In this document: positions 16,681 to 23,845 of the stretch, piece by piece
How the letters are laid out: each line of letters starts with the position of its first letter
Position numbering within the stretch: the first letter of the stretch is position 1
Virus record (IMG/VR): IMGVR_UViG_3300047382_000278
Coordinates: 1 to 27,663 of that record
DNA length: 27,663 bases
Reading direction: 5' to 3' (one strand)
Source of the DNA: a virus
Taxonomy: Duplodnaviria; Caudoviricetes
Made by a program: the position numbers and the translations under genes
Notes under the pieces: model-generated
Seen by the model: only the letters and a program-made list of their open reading frames with translations
Database searches by the model: none
Told to the model about the DNA's origin: nothing

Positions 16681-17356
16681 GAATTTTATTAATAATGCTA
16701 TCAGCAATATATTTATGTGTGTTTTTACCAGGATGTATACCATCACGTGCTTTACTATTACTCTTTAAAAAACGTTCGAGGTTTACAAAATAAAATATTG
16801 CATCATGTTCTGAACAAACATGATTAATTGCTAATTTGTTTTTTAAATAGGTAATTTCTATGTTTGTGCTATTTTGTGTTAACTGATAATATACTTCAGT
16901 GTCATGACCGGATTTAAACGAGTGTGCGGTCATTATTCCTGGCTGATGTAATCCGTCTTCTTTAACTAATACTTCAAACCTACCATATGGTGGTTGTAAA
17001 TAAACTACATGCTTAGGTTTTAATTTTGGAATCCAATGCTGTGCAAATCTAAAACAAGTATCTGGTGCCGCGCCTGGTTTAGAAATATTTACGTAAGAAC
17101 AATTTAATTCTTGTGCAACTAAATGTGGAAATATTTCTTCTGGCGGCATTGCTACACCAAACGTAATACTACAACCCAAAAATAGAATGTCTGTGCTATT
17201 TTCAAAATCATTGCCTCTAAAACCTTGATCATTAATTTTGTACCATTGCAATGGTTCGCCAGTTGTGTCATCGGCGCAATAATCACGTACAGTATTTCTA
17301 AATTTAGGATAACAAGAAAAATGTAATGGATTTATGTTCTGTAAATATCTTTTCAT
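16667..17356 (-). CDS. SGNH/GDSL-like protein
   Basis: [26 protein letters not shown]. The stop codon lies inside tRNA-Ser. Confidence 0.7.
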   Translation of the reverse strand: MKRYLQNINPLHFSCYPKFRNTVRDYCADDTTGEPLQWYKINDQGFRGNDFENSTDILFLGCSITFGVAMPPEEIFPHLVAQELNCSYVNISKPGAAPDTCFRFAQHWIPKLKPKHVVYLQPPYGRFEVLVKEDGLHQPGIMTAHSFKSGHDTEVYYQLTQNSTNIEITYLKNKLAINHVCSEHDAIFYFVNLERFLKSNSKARDGIHPGKNTHKYIADSIINKIRRVG

Positions 17357-17368
17357 ATAATAAATACC

Positions 17369-17443
17369 TGGAGCGGATGCCGAGAATCGAACTCGGATCT
17401 AAACCTTGGCAAGGTCTCATAATAGCCGTTATACTACATCCGC
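17369..17443 (-). tRNA. tRNA-Gly(GCC)
   Basis: GCGGATG acceptor stem, AGACC-TT-GCC-AA-GGTTT, GTTCGATTC, ends TCCA. Confidence 0.95.
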
Positions 17444-17450
17444 CTAAACA

Positions 17451-17526
17451 TGGTGGAGCGAAGAGGGATCGAACCTCCGACCTACTGGTTGCAAACCAGT
17501 CGCTCTCCCAACTGAGCTACCGCCCC
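17451..17526 (-). tRNA. tRNA-Ala(TGC)
   Basis: GGGGCGG acceptor with G3:U70 identity pair, ACTGG-TT-TGC-AA-CCAGT, ends ACCA. Confidence 0.96.
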
Positions 17527-17531
17527 ATGAA

Positions 17532-17607
17532 TGGAGCTCGTAATCGGAATCGAACCAATGACCTACTGATTACAAATCAGTTGCTCTACCTGCTGAGCTA
17601 TACGAGC
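17532..17607 (-). tRNA. tRNA-Thr(TGT)
   Basis: GCTCGTA acceptor stem, ACTGA-TT-TGT-AA-TCAGT, GGTTCGATTCC, CCA. Confidence 0.95.
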
Positions 17608-17626
17608 TTTTGTAAACTAACAACTT

Positions 17627-17634
17627 TATTTATA
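17627..17634 (-). promoter_or_regulatory. T4-type late promoter (TATAAATA) for the tRNA cluster
   Basis: Exact consensus 19 nt upstream of tRNA-Thr. Confidence 0.65.
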
Positions 17635-17714
17635 TATAAGCCAATGTGCATAAAAATAAAAACGGTGTATTTCTAAAGACTTAAATTAGCAGTTAATTTT
17701 TTTATTGCCATACG

Positions 17715-17721
17715 ATAAATA
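17715..17721 (+). promoter_or_regulatory. T4-type late promoter (ATAAATA)
   Basis: ATAAATA-taagc-ATG(17727), upstream of the 17764 gene. Confidence 0.6.
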
Positions 17722-17763
17722 TAAGCATGAAGGGATCAGCCTTGCACTTAAATAGGAAAATTT

Positions 17764-17934
17764 ATGTCAAATAAAACACCGTACGAAATAAGATTAGACT
17801 TAGTTCGTGAGGCAAAAGAAATATTACAAGCCAGGGCTAAGAATCCTGAGGATATGCCGACTACGGAAGATGTTCTCAGAGAAGCAGAAAGCCTAAATGC
17901 TTTTGTTTCTAAAAAGCCACACGAAGGAAGGTAA
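17764..17934 (+). CDS. Small phage protein, 56 aa (absent from ORF track)
   Basis: AGGA SD; MSNKTPYEIRLDLVREAKEILQARAKNPEDMPTTEDVLREAESLNAFVSKKPHEGR*. Abuts the convergent gene's stop and has its own promoter and terminator. Confidence 0.8.
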   Translation: MSNKTPYEIRLDLVREAKEILQARAKNPEDMPTTEDVLREAESLNAFVSKKPHEGR

Positions 17935-18297
17935 CTACCAGTAGAGATTAAATAATCTTTCCTCGTCGTTATAGGCCTCGGTTTCCGAAAGGACCCGGGG
18001 TTTTTTCTTGAACTCACTGCGTATAAATTGTTTAGCATGTATGAGCTCGTGTGTTAAGGTTAGCATCATATCTTCTTTGGTACACTTGGTGTTATTGAAA
18101 TTTTTTGCAACCTCAATTATCACACTATCCTTGTCTCCCCAACAATAGCCATGAGCATCAAGGCTTTTGACAAATCTAATTTCTATATCTACATCTCGTT
18201 TTAATCTATTTTTGAAATAGTAGAACATTATATCATTACAAAACCTTTCAACACGTGAGTTGTTGCCGGGTAATCCTGAGATATAAAAGTGTATCAT
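17935..18297 (-). CDS. HEXXH zincin-like metallopeptidase domain protein
   Basis: HGYC, TLTHELIHAKQ, ETEAY. ATG 18297 overlaps the upstream TAA. Confidence 0.7.
   Translation of the reverse strand: MIHFYISGLPGNNSRVERFCNDIMFYYFKNRLKRDVDIEIRFVKSLDAHGYCWGDKDSVIIEVAKNFNNTKCTKEDMMLTLTHELIHAKQFIRSEFKKKPRVLSETEAYNDEERLFNLYW
17976..18008 (+). terminator. Probable intrinsic terminator for the 17764 gene
   Basis: CCTCGGTTTCC-GAAA-GGACCCGGGG imperfect GC stem with GNRA loop followed by TTTTTT. Lies inside the antisense CDS. Confidence 0.5.
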
Positions 18298-19361
18298 TAC
18301 CAAGTATAATTATAAAATACAGTATGTGTTGTGGGTTTATGCAAGTCGTATGAATCCTGCAAATCTTTAAATAAATTTCTGTGGTGTCCTAATGCACGTG
18401 GTATGAATCTTTTGAGGCTTATTGTATTTTGTTCAACTGTGTTTAATGGTTTCCTATAACGTTTGTCGAACTCATCATAGTTACCAGTATTTGAAGCAAG
18501 ATGGTGTTGTAGATTTTCAAATCCTGTTCTTTTACCAAGGGGAAAATAATACACAAAGTTTTCAAACGTTTTGTAATAGCACACCTTTTCGTAATACATT
18601 GAGTATGTACTATAATTATATTTAGATTCTGATATAAATTTATCTTGTTCAAACATATATTTGTTTTGAAGGTATCCTAAATAAAATAATTCAGGTGAGG
18701 ATAAAAACATATCACATATCATGTCTATTTCATTCTGTTGTGAAAATCTAACAAACGGCAATATGTATTTTGAATATGTTTGATGGTCGTGTATTGCGGC
18801 CATACCTTCCGTTTGTCTAATTTTAGGGTCTGCAGATGTCATCCCTAAAAACGATATATTATTTTCATTGTTTAAATACAGTCCAGGTCTTTCACCACCC
18901 TTAATAATAGTGCCTTTTAAATCACACATATTTTCACGTATAGCATACATCAAAGACATTAATTGAGGACTTGATGTGCCAACTTCCGTGGCCATTTTTT
19001 TCAATCCTGGCATATCATTTAAGAACTCGTACAACTCTACATCTATAATCTTTGTGGTGACTCCCAGTAGTTCTGCAAATCTCTGTGCTGAAATTATATC
19101 GTCGGAGTTCATAACAACACCATCCCACAGATATGCAAACGTAACATAACTGCTTGACTTGGCATGCTTTGAAACAACGTTAGCAACAAACTGGCTGTCT
19201 AAACCACCACTTAGTAATACTGTTGCATGTTCTGTATCCTTAAAAAAACTTTTGAAATTCTCATGTATGTCCATTCGAGAAGGCTTATTGAAACTGAATG
19301 TGTACGAAAGGCTACTGTAATCAATATCAACCGCTCCGTATTTTAATATATTAGATGTCAT
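18297..19361 (-). CDS. PP-loop ATP pyrophosphatase (adenine nucleotide alpha hydrolase / asparagine synthase-like)
   Basis: VLLSGGLDS motif. No glutaminase domain or QueC Zn-binding Cys cluster seen. Confidence 0.6.
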   Translation of the reverse strand: MTSNILKYGAVDIDYSSLSYTFSFNKPSRMDIHENFKSFFKDTEHATVLLSGGLDSQFVANVVSKHAKSSSYVTFAYLWDGVVMNSDDIISAQRFAELLGVTTKIIDVELYEFLNDMPGLKKMATEVGTSSPQLMSLMYAIRENMCDLKGTIIKGGERPGLYLNNENNISFLGMTSADPKIRQTEGMAAIHDHQTYSKYILPFVRFSQQNEIDMICDMFLSSPELFYLGYLQNKYMFEQDKFISESKYNYSTYSMYYEKVCYYKTFENFVYYFPLGKRTGFENLQHHLASNTGNYDEFDKRYRKPLNTVEQNTISLKRFIPRALGHHRNLFKDLQDSYDLHKPTTHTVFYNYTW

Positions 19362-19388
19362 AAACTATATTCTATTTTCCAATTTGTG

Positions 19389-19395
19389 ATAAATA
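19389..19395 (+). promoter_or_regulatory. T4-type late promoter (ATAAATA)
   Basis: In the divergent intergenic gap upstream of the subtilase. Confidence 0.65.
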
Positions 19396-19444
19396 TACTT
19401 ATACAAACGCATGGTTTAAACAACTTTTTTTGGAGTTAATACAA

Positions 19445-20983
19445 ATGGCAAACTATATCATATCAATCGATAATTCATTATCGGATTCAGACGCACAGGC
19501 GTGTATTACCGATGCCGGTGGTACAGTAAGTAGTGCTCTTGCAATCACAAATACGTACAATGCAACATGTACAGCAGAACAACTTGCGGCAATGGCAAGT
19601 GTTTCAGCAAGTTCTTTAGATGAAGCATCTATTGATGTTGCTTTACAAACTTTTGACTCAGTTCACTTAGATGACTTAGTCAACTCAAATTACGAGATGG
19701 CTGGCGCGGCTGGTACATCTATTACACCTTATGCACCTGAATACAGAGGTTTAGGTGTTACATGTTACTTAATCGATACAGGTATTAACATTGGACACGT
19801 AGAATTTGCAAGTGCTTCAATCAGTAACCTACACTCAGCATTCACAGAAGATGATGATATAGCAGATTTTGAGGATGAGGCTGGACACGGTACTGCAATT
19901 GCAAGTGTTATTGTAGGTGCTAATGTTGGTGTATCAACACAAACATCATTAAAGAATGTTAAACTATTTAATTCAAACTCAGGAAGTGCTACAGTAGGTG
20001 CAATCATAGGTGCATTTAATGCCGTAGCATTAGACCATGCAAATAACGGTGTAGAAACTGTTAGAGTTGTTTGTACTCCATGGACTGTAACACAAAACGA
20101 TTTAATTGATGATATAGTTAAAAGTATGAATTCCAGTAACTTAGTTATGATAACAGCGGCAGGTAATGACGGTGTTGATATTTCTACTAAATCACCAGCA
20201 GGTGTTACAGAAATCATAACAGTAGGTGGTTATAACAATCTTTGGAATGTACAAGCATTTACTAACACACCAGGTACTGCAACAGGGTTAACAAACTTTG
20301 GAGCACCGCTTGATGTATTTGGATGGAGTGAAGGGGCAACATTAGCCGATGCAGATAACCTAAGTGGTTATGCGGCATTTACAGGAACATCAGTTGCAAC
20401 AGGTATTGCGGCAGGTGTTGCAGTACAGTATATACAAAAACATGTAGGTACTACGTCAGCAGGCATCAAAGAAGCAATATTGTCAGAAGGTCATATGAAA
20501 GGTATTGAACAATTACAATTCACAGGTACCGACTATGACACAGCCTATCATGCAATGCTTACAACATGGAACATTGCAGACGCATCATTATCAACTACAC
20601 AATCAGGTAGACTTGGTAATGTACCAAACGGTGAAACAATGACATTTGATATTGGTTTAGATTCAAGTGCAACTGCCGTTGAAGTACTCGACTTTGCACC
20701 ATTACCACCATTTATGGCATTTGATACATCCACAGGTATATTAACTGTTACAGCAACAGGATTATCAGCAGACATTACACCAGGTGTATTTGTATTTGCT
20801 GTTAAAGGTTTAATTGATGATGAACTACTTGTTGAAGAATTCTCAGTTGGTGTTTATGTAACAGACCAATCAGAGGTCGACGGTGATACAGCATCAAGTT
20901 TCTACTACGATATAGACAATTCAGAGTATGACGAAATTGTTAACTATCAAGTAGCACCATCACCATCTTCTGAGAAGCCTTAA
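19445..20983 (+). CDS. S8 subtilisin-like serine protease with prodomain and C-terminal Ig-like domain
   Basis: LIDTGI (Asp), GHGTAIAS (His), AAGND (oxyanion Asn), TGTSVA (Ser). GGAG SD favours ATG 19445. LPPFMAFDTSTGILT resembles He_PIG/cadherin-like repeats. Confidence 0.88.
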   Translation: MANYIISIDNSLSDSDAQACITDAGGTVSSALAITNTYNATCTAEQLAAMASVSASSLDEASIDVALQTFDSVHLDDLVNSNYEMAGAAGTSITPYAPEYRGLGVTCYLIDTGINIGHVEFASASISNLHSAFTEDDDIADFEDEAGHGTAIASVIVGANVGVSTQTSLKNVKLFNSNSGSATVGAIIGAFNAVALDHANNGVETVRVVCTPWTVTQNDLIDDIVKSMNSSNLVMITAAGNDGVDISTKSPAGVTEIITVGGYNNLWNVQAFTNTPGTATGLTNFGAPLDVFGWSEGATLADADNLSGYAAFTGTSVATGIAAGVAVQYIQKHVGTTSAGIKEAILSEGHMKGIEQLQFTGTDYDTAYHAMLTTWNIADASLSTTQSGRLGNVPNGETMTFDIGLDSSATAVEVLDFAPLPPFMAFDTSTGILTVTATGLSADITPGVFVFAVKGLIDDELLVEEFSVGVYVTDQSEVDGDTASSFYYDIDNSEYDEIVNYQVAPSPSSEKP

Positions 20984-21255
20984 TGCCACAAGTAGGTGTT
21001 GTAGGAAAAGGTACATTTGGTCCCGGTGTTATAACTGGTCCTGGTGTACCTAATATTTTAGTAGAAGGAAGTCCTATTAGTGTAATAGGCGACGTAATTG
21101 CTCCGCATGGAGAAGCACCACATACTACAGCAACCGTATTAACAGGTTCGCCAACTGTGTTTGCTGGAGGTAGACCAATTAGTGTGCAAGGCATTAGTAC
21201 TGCTATTTGTGGACATAAGTGTACTATTGGTGCTATTACTGTTCAAGCAACATAG
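20983..21255 (+). CDS. PAAR-repeat spike tip protein (T4 gp5.4-like)
   Basis: GSPISVIGD..PH..PH, GSPTVFAGGRP, CGH. Confidence 0.85.
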   Translation: MPQVGVVGKGTFGPGVITGPGVPNILVEGSPISVIGDVIAPHGEAPHTTATVLTGSPTVFAGGRPISVQGISTAICGHKCTIGAITVQAT

Positions 21256-22147
21256 AATCTAAATAACATTCACTAAATCTTTTAGCAAACGTACCAACAT
21301 TCTTTTCATACTCGTCATAAGATCTAAAGTCTATGTTCCAGTCTGGACATAACATATTCATAAACATTCCATACTCGTCACTGCGAACAAATGCATGTCC
21401 TGTGGGTGTGACATACGTATAGCCTGTGTTATTGCCTTTGTTTTTTAATTGCTTACGTTTAGGATGTTCTAATATAGAAAAGTTGTGTTTGCCTTTATTA
21501 TATACTTTTAAAAATTGTGCCGCCCATATAGTACGATACAATTCTACTGGTTTTTCTTTTTTATAATTTATGCTTGGATCATATAAGTGAGGCTTAACAT
21601 CATATAGCCATTTTTTGTTCTTGTTTATAATACTTTGTCTACCAGTAGAGTCACAGTATTCATAGTGAAGACGTAATACAATATCATGTGTTGCACAGAA
21701 GGCTTGTATTTTAGGTATTTGATATTTATTGTGTTCGTACAAATAAAATTGTATTGTGCGTTCACCTTTTGTGTCTTTGATGTTTTGTTTGATATTAGTC
21801 CAATCGGCGCCTAAGAATACTTTACCACATTGCTCTTCTATTCCGTCTAATAGAAATACTACATTTACTTTCTTGTTATCAATAGCTCTTGTGCCGTATG
21901 TAGTCACGTGTGCGTAACGATCTTTAGTTACACTGTCTAAGAACGCATCAAAGTGTATCCAATCCACAGGATCACCGTAAACACACTGTAACGCAACTGT
22001 GTCGTGCTGTGACCATATGGTGTTGTATAATTCGAGACTTAAATCCAGTACAGGATAATCTCTTTTGCCCCAACGATGTTGAAACCAAGTTCCTTGAGAA
22101 GATGTAGGATTATATATGCTGTTGCGAGTTGTTACGTCGAGTATCAT
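21236..22147 (-). CDS. Degenerate radical-SAM-like protein
   Basis: YGDP, TTYG, VVFLLDG, W..I..N, F.L..HN..Q and YVTPTG follow the order of phage rSAM/SPASM-type proteins, but CxxxCxxC is absent. Confidence 0.5.
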   Translation of the reverse strand: MILDVTTRNSIYNPTSSQGTWFQHRWGKRDYPVLDLSLELYNTIWSQHDTVALQCVYGDPVDWIHFDAFLDSVTKDRYAHVTTYGTRAIDNKKVNVVFLLDGIEEQCGKVFLGADWTNIKQNIKDTKGERTIQFYLYEHNKYQIPKIQAFCATHDIVLRLHYEYCDSTGRQSIINKNKKWLYDVKPHLYDPSINYKKEKPVELYRTIWAAQFLKVYNKGKHNFSILEHPKRKQLKNKGNNTGYTYVTPTGHAFVRSDEYGMFMNMLCPDWNIDFRSYDEYEKNVGTFAKRFSECYLDSMLLEQ

Positions 22148-22494
22148 TCACTAACAATACCAGTCTCTGCTTCGGTACCGTCCTCTTCTACTTCTACTTC
22201 AACTTCAACTTCATCTTCTTCAACGTCTAATATAGACAAGTAGTCTTCGGAGGCTGATTCTAATGCAGGAGTAATAAATAGGATGTTTTGAATGGGTATA
22301 GTAACCATATTGGCATCTGCTGTTAGCACTAACGGAACCAAAACAACTTCGCCATTATTCACAACAACGTTTAGTGGTCTTGTGACTGTGACATACTTAA
22401 CATCATCGTCTGTTGATATTAACTGGCCAAGTATTTCGCCTGTTAGTGTTTTAATAGTAACAACTTTACCAAGCATTGCTTGTATGTCATACAT
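22144..22494 (-). CDS. Sm-like fold protein with acidic tail
   Basis: GKVVTIKTLTGEILGQL beta-rich pattern; EVEVEVEE tail. Confidence 0.5.
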   Translation of the reverse strand: MYDIQAMLGKVVTIKTLTGEILGQLISTDDDVKYVTVTRPLNVVVNNGEVVLVPLVLTADANMVTIPIQNILFITPALESASEDYLSILDVEEDEVEVEVEVEEDGTEAETGIVSE

Positions 22495-22736
22495 TAGATA
22501 TCACCTAATTTACTTGTATCCACTAATGCTTTAAACTCTGTGAAACCACCAATCTTTTCGCCATCAACAATAATTTGTGGGAAAGTTCTTGCACCTGGAA
22601 ATGTTTCCATTAGTGTTTCTCTGTCAAAGTCTTCATCTAACATTTTGTATGTTAAATCATATCCTTCTCTTTCTGCTAATGCCTTTGCTTGAACGCAATA
22701 CGGACATTGCGGTTTGCTATATATTTCTACTATCAT
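22494..22736 (-). CDS. nrdC: Dithiol glutaredoxin (RNR electron donor)
   Basis: CPYC, RTFPQI, IGGF; coupled to nrdB. Confidence 0.9.
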   Translation of the reverse strand: MIVEIYSKPQCPYCVQAKALAEREGYDLTYKMLDEDFDRETLMETFPGARTFPQIIVDGEKIGGFTEFKALVDTSKLGDI

Positions 22737-23827
22737 TATAAACTCAATCCTTTAAATGTGTCTTCAGTTACGTCTTGTTTAGTACCACCAATAACATAAC
22801 TACTAATCTCTGTCTCTTGTGGTGCTACTTGTACCTCGCCTCCACTGATCCACTTTTGTGTCCACGGTAAAGGATTTGCTTGGCTTGTTTGATATGGAGG
22901 TGTAATTCCTACTGCTCTCATACGTTTAGCGGCAATCCATTCAACATATTGTTTTAGCAGTTCGGAGTTTAAACCAATCATACTACCATCTTTGAACAAA
23001 TACTCTGCCCAATCCTTTTCCTGTCTCACAGCATCCATAAACATTTCTGTGCTTTCGCCTTCACACTCTTTGCGTATTTTAACAAAGTCTTTATCGTCTG
23101 TAGGCAACAATTTTAATATTTGCTGTGTACTTGCCAAGTGAACATTTTCATCTCTGGCTATAAGTTTAATTATCTTAGCATTACCTTCCATTTTCTTTAA
23201 TTCGGCAAATGCCCAACTACAAGCAAAGGATACATAAAAACGTACACCTTCGAGAATATTAACAGCCATTAATGCTTTGTATAATACTTTCTTGTGTTCA
23301 TAAGTGCCAAACAGATTAGGATTATCATTGTATCTAACTAACTCATCATAATACTTACTGATACTATCACTGCAAGATGAAATTTCTTTGATGTCTAACA
23401 TTTCGTCAAACACTTTACTTGGATCTGAATACACATTTCTAATAATGTGTGTATAACTTCTACTGTGAATTGTTTCACTGAATGCCCAAGTTTCAATCCA
23501 AGTCTCTAACTCTGGTATACCTACTATAGGCAAGAAAGCAAGATTAGGTGAGCGACCTTGTACACTATCAAGTAGTATTTGTCGCTTTAAGTTACTTGTA
23601 AAGATATGTTGTTCATGAATAGTTAGGTCTTTAAAGTCCTTGCTATCCTTTGTAATATCAACTTCTTCTGGTCGCCAAAAGAAACCAAGTTGCTTATCTG
23701 TTAATTTGTCAAACTGTTTATATTTTAATGTATCATAACGTTGTAAGTTTACCCCACCCGAAGTGTCTAAAAACATTTTAGAAGCGGTGTGGTCGCGATG
23801 TTTTGTACTAAAAACGGTCCGTGCCAT
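22736..23827 (-). CDS. nrdB: Ribonucleotide reductase class Ia beta subunit
   Basis: FFWRPEEV, LDSVQGR, SETIHSRSY, LEGVRFYVSF, RDENVH, VAPQETE. GAGGA SD favours ATG 23827. Confidence 0.97.
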   Translation of the reverse strand: MARTVFSTKHRDHTASKMFLDTSGGVNLQRYDTLKYKQFDKLTDKQLGFFWRPEEVDITKDSKDFKDLTIHEQHIFTSNLKRQILLDSVQGRSPNLAFLPIVGIPELETWIETWAFSETIHSRSYTHIIRNVYSDPSKVFDEMLDIKEISSCSDSISKYYDELVRYNDNPNLFGTYEHKKVLYKALMAVNILEGVRFYVSFACSWAFAELKKMEGNAKIIKLIARDENVHLASTQQILKLLPTDDKDFVKIRKECEGESTEMFMDAVRQEKDWAEYLFKDGSMIGLNSELLKQYVEWIAAKRMRAVGITPPYQTSQANPLPWTQKWISGGEVQVAPQETEISSYVIGGTKQDVTEDTFKGLSL

Positions 23828-23845
23828 GTATTCCTCTTTACTCAT

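Noticed and set aside
17360-17366. ATAAATA on the + strand
   Set aside because: It points antisense into the tRNAs with no downstream gene; likely chance in AT-rich DNA.
17326-17676. 116-aa + strand ORF
   Set aside because: It is the antisense of three tRNAs.
17748-18038. 96-aa - strand ORF
   Set aside because: Shadow of the better supported + strand 17764-17934 gene, and it overlaps the HEXXH gene.
18297-19361. QueC / 7-deazaguanine DNA modification
   Set aside because: No C-terminal Zn-binding Cys cluster and no queD, queE, folE or dpdA in the window.
17764-22147. RiPP cluster (peptide, cyclase, S8 protease, radical SAM)
   Set aside because: Genes lie in four transcription units on alternating strands, there is no convincing precursor or transporter, and the rSAM-like protein lacks its Cys motif.
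22184-22222. Short tandem-like repeat
   Set aside because: Explained by low-complexity EVEVEVE coding.
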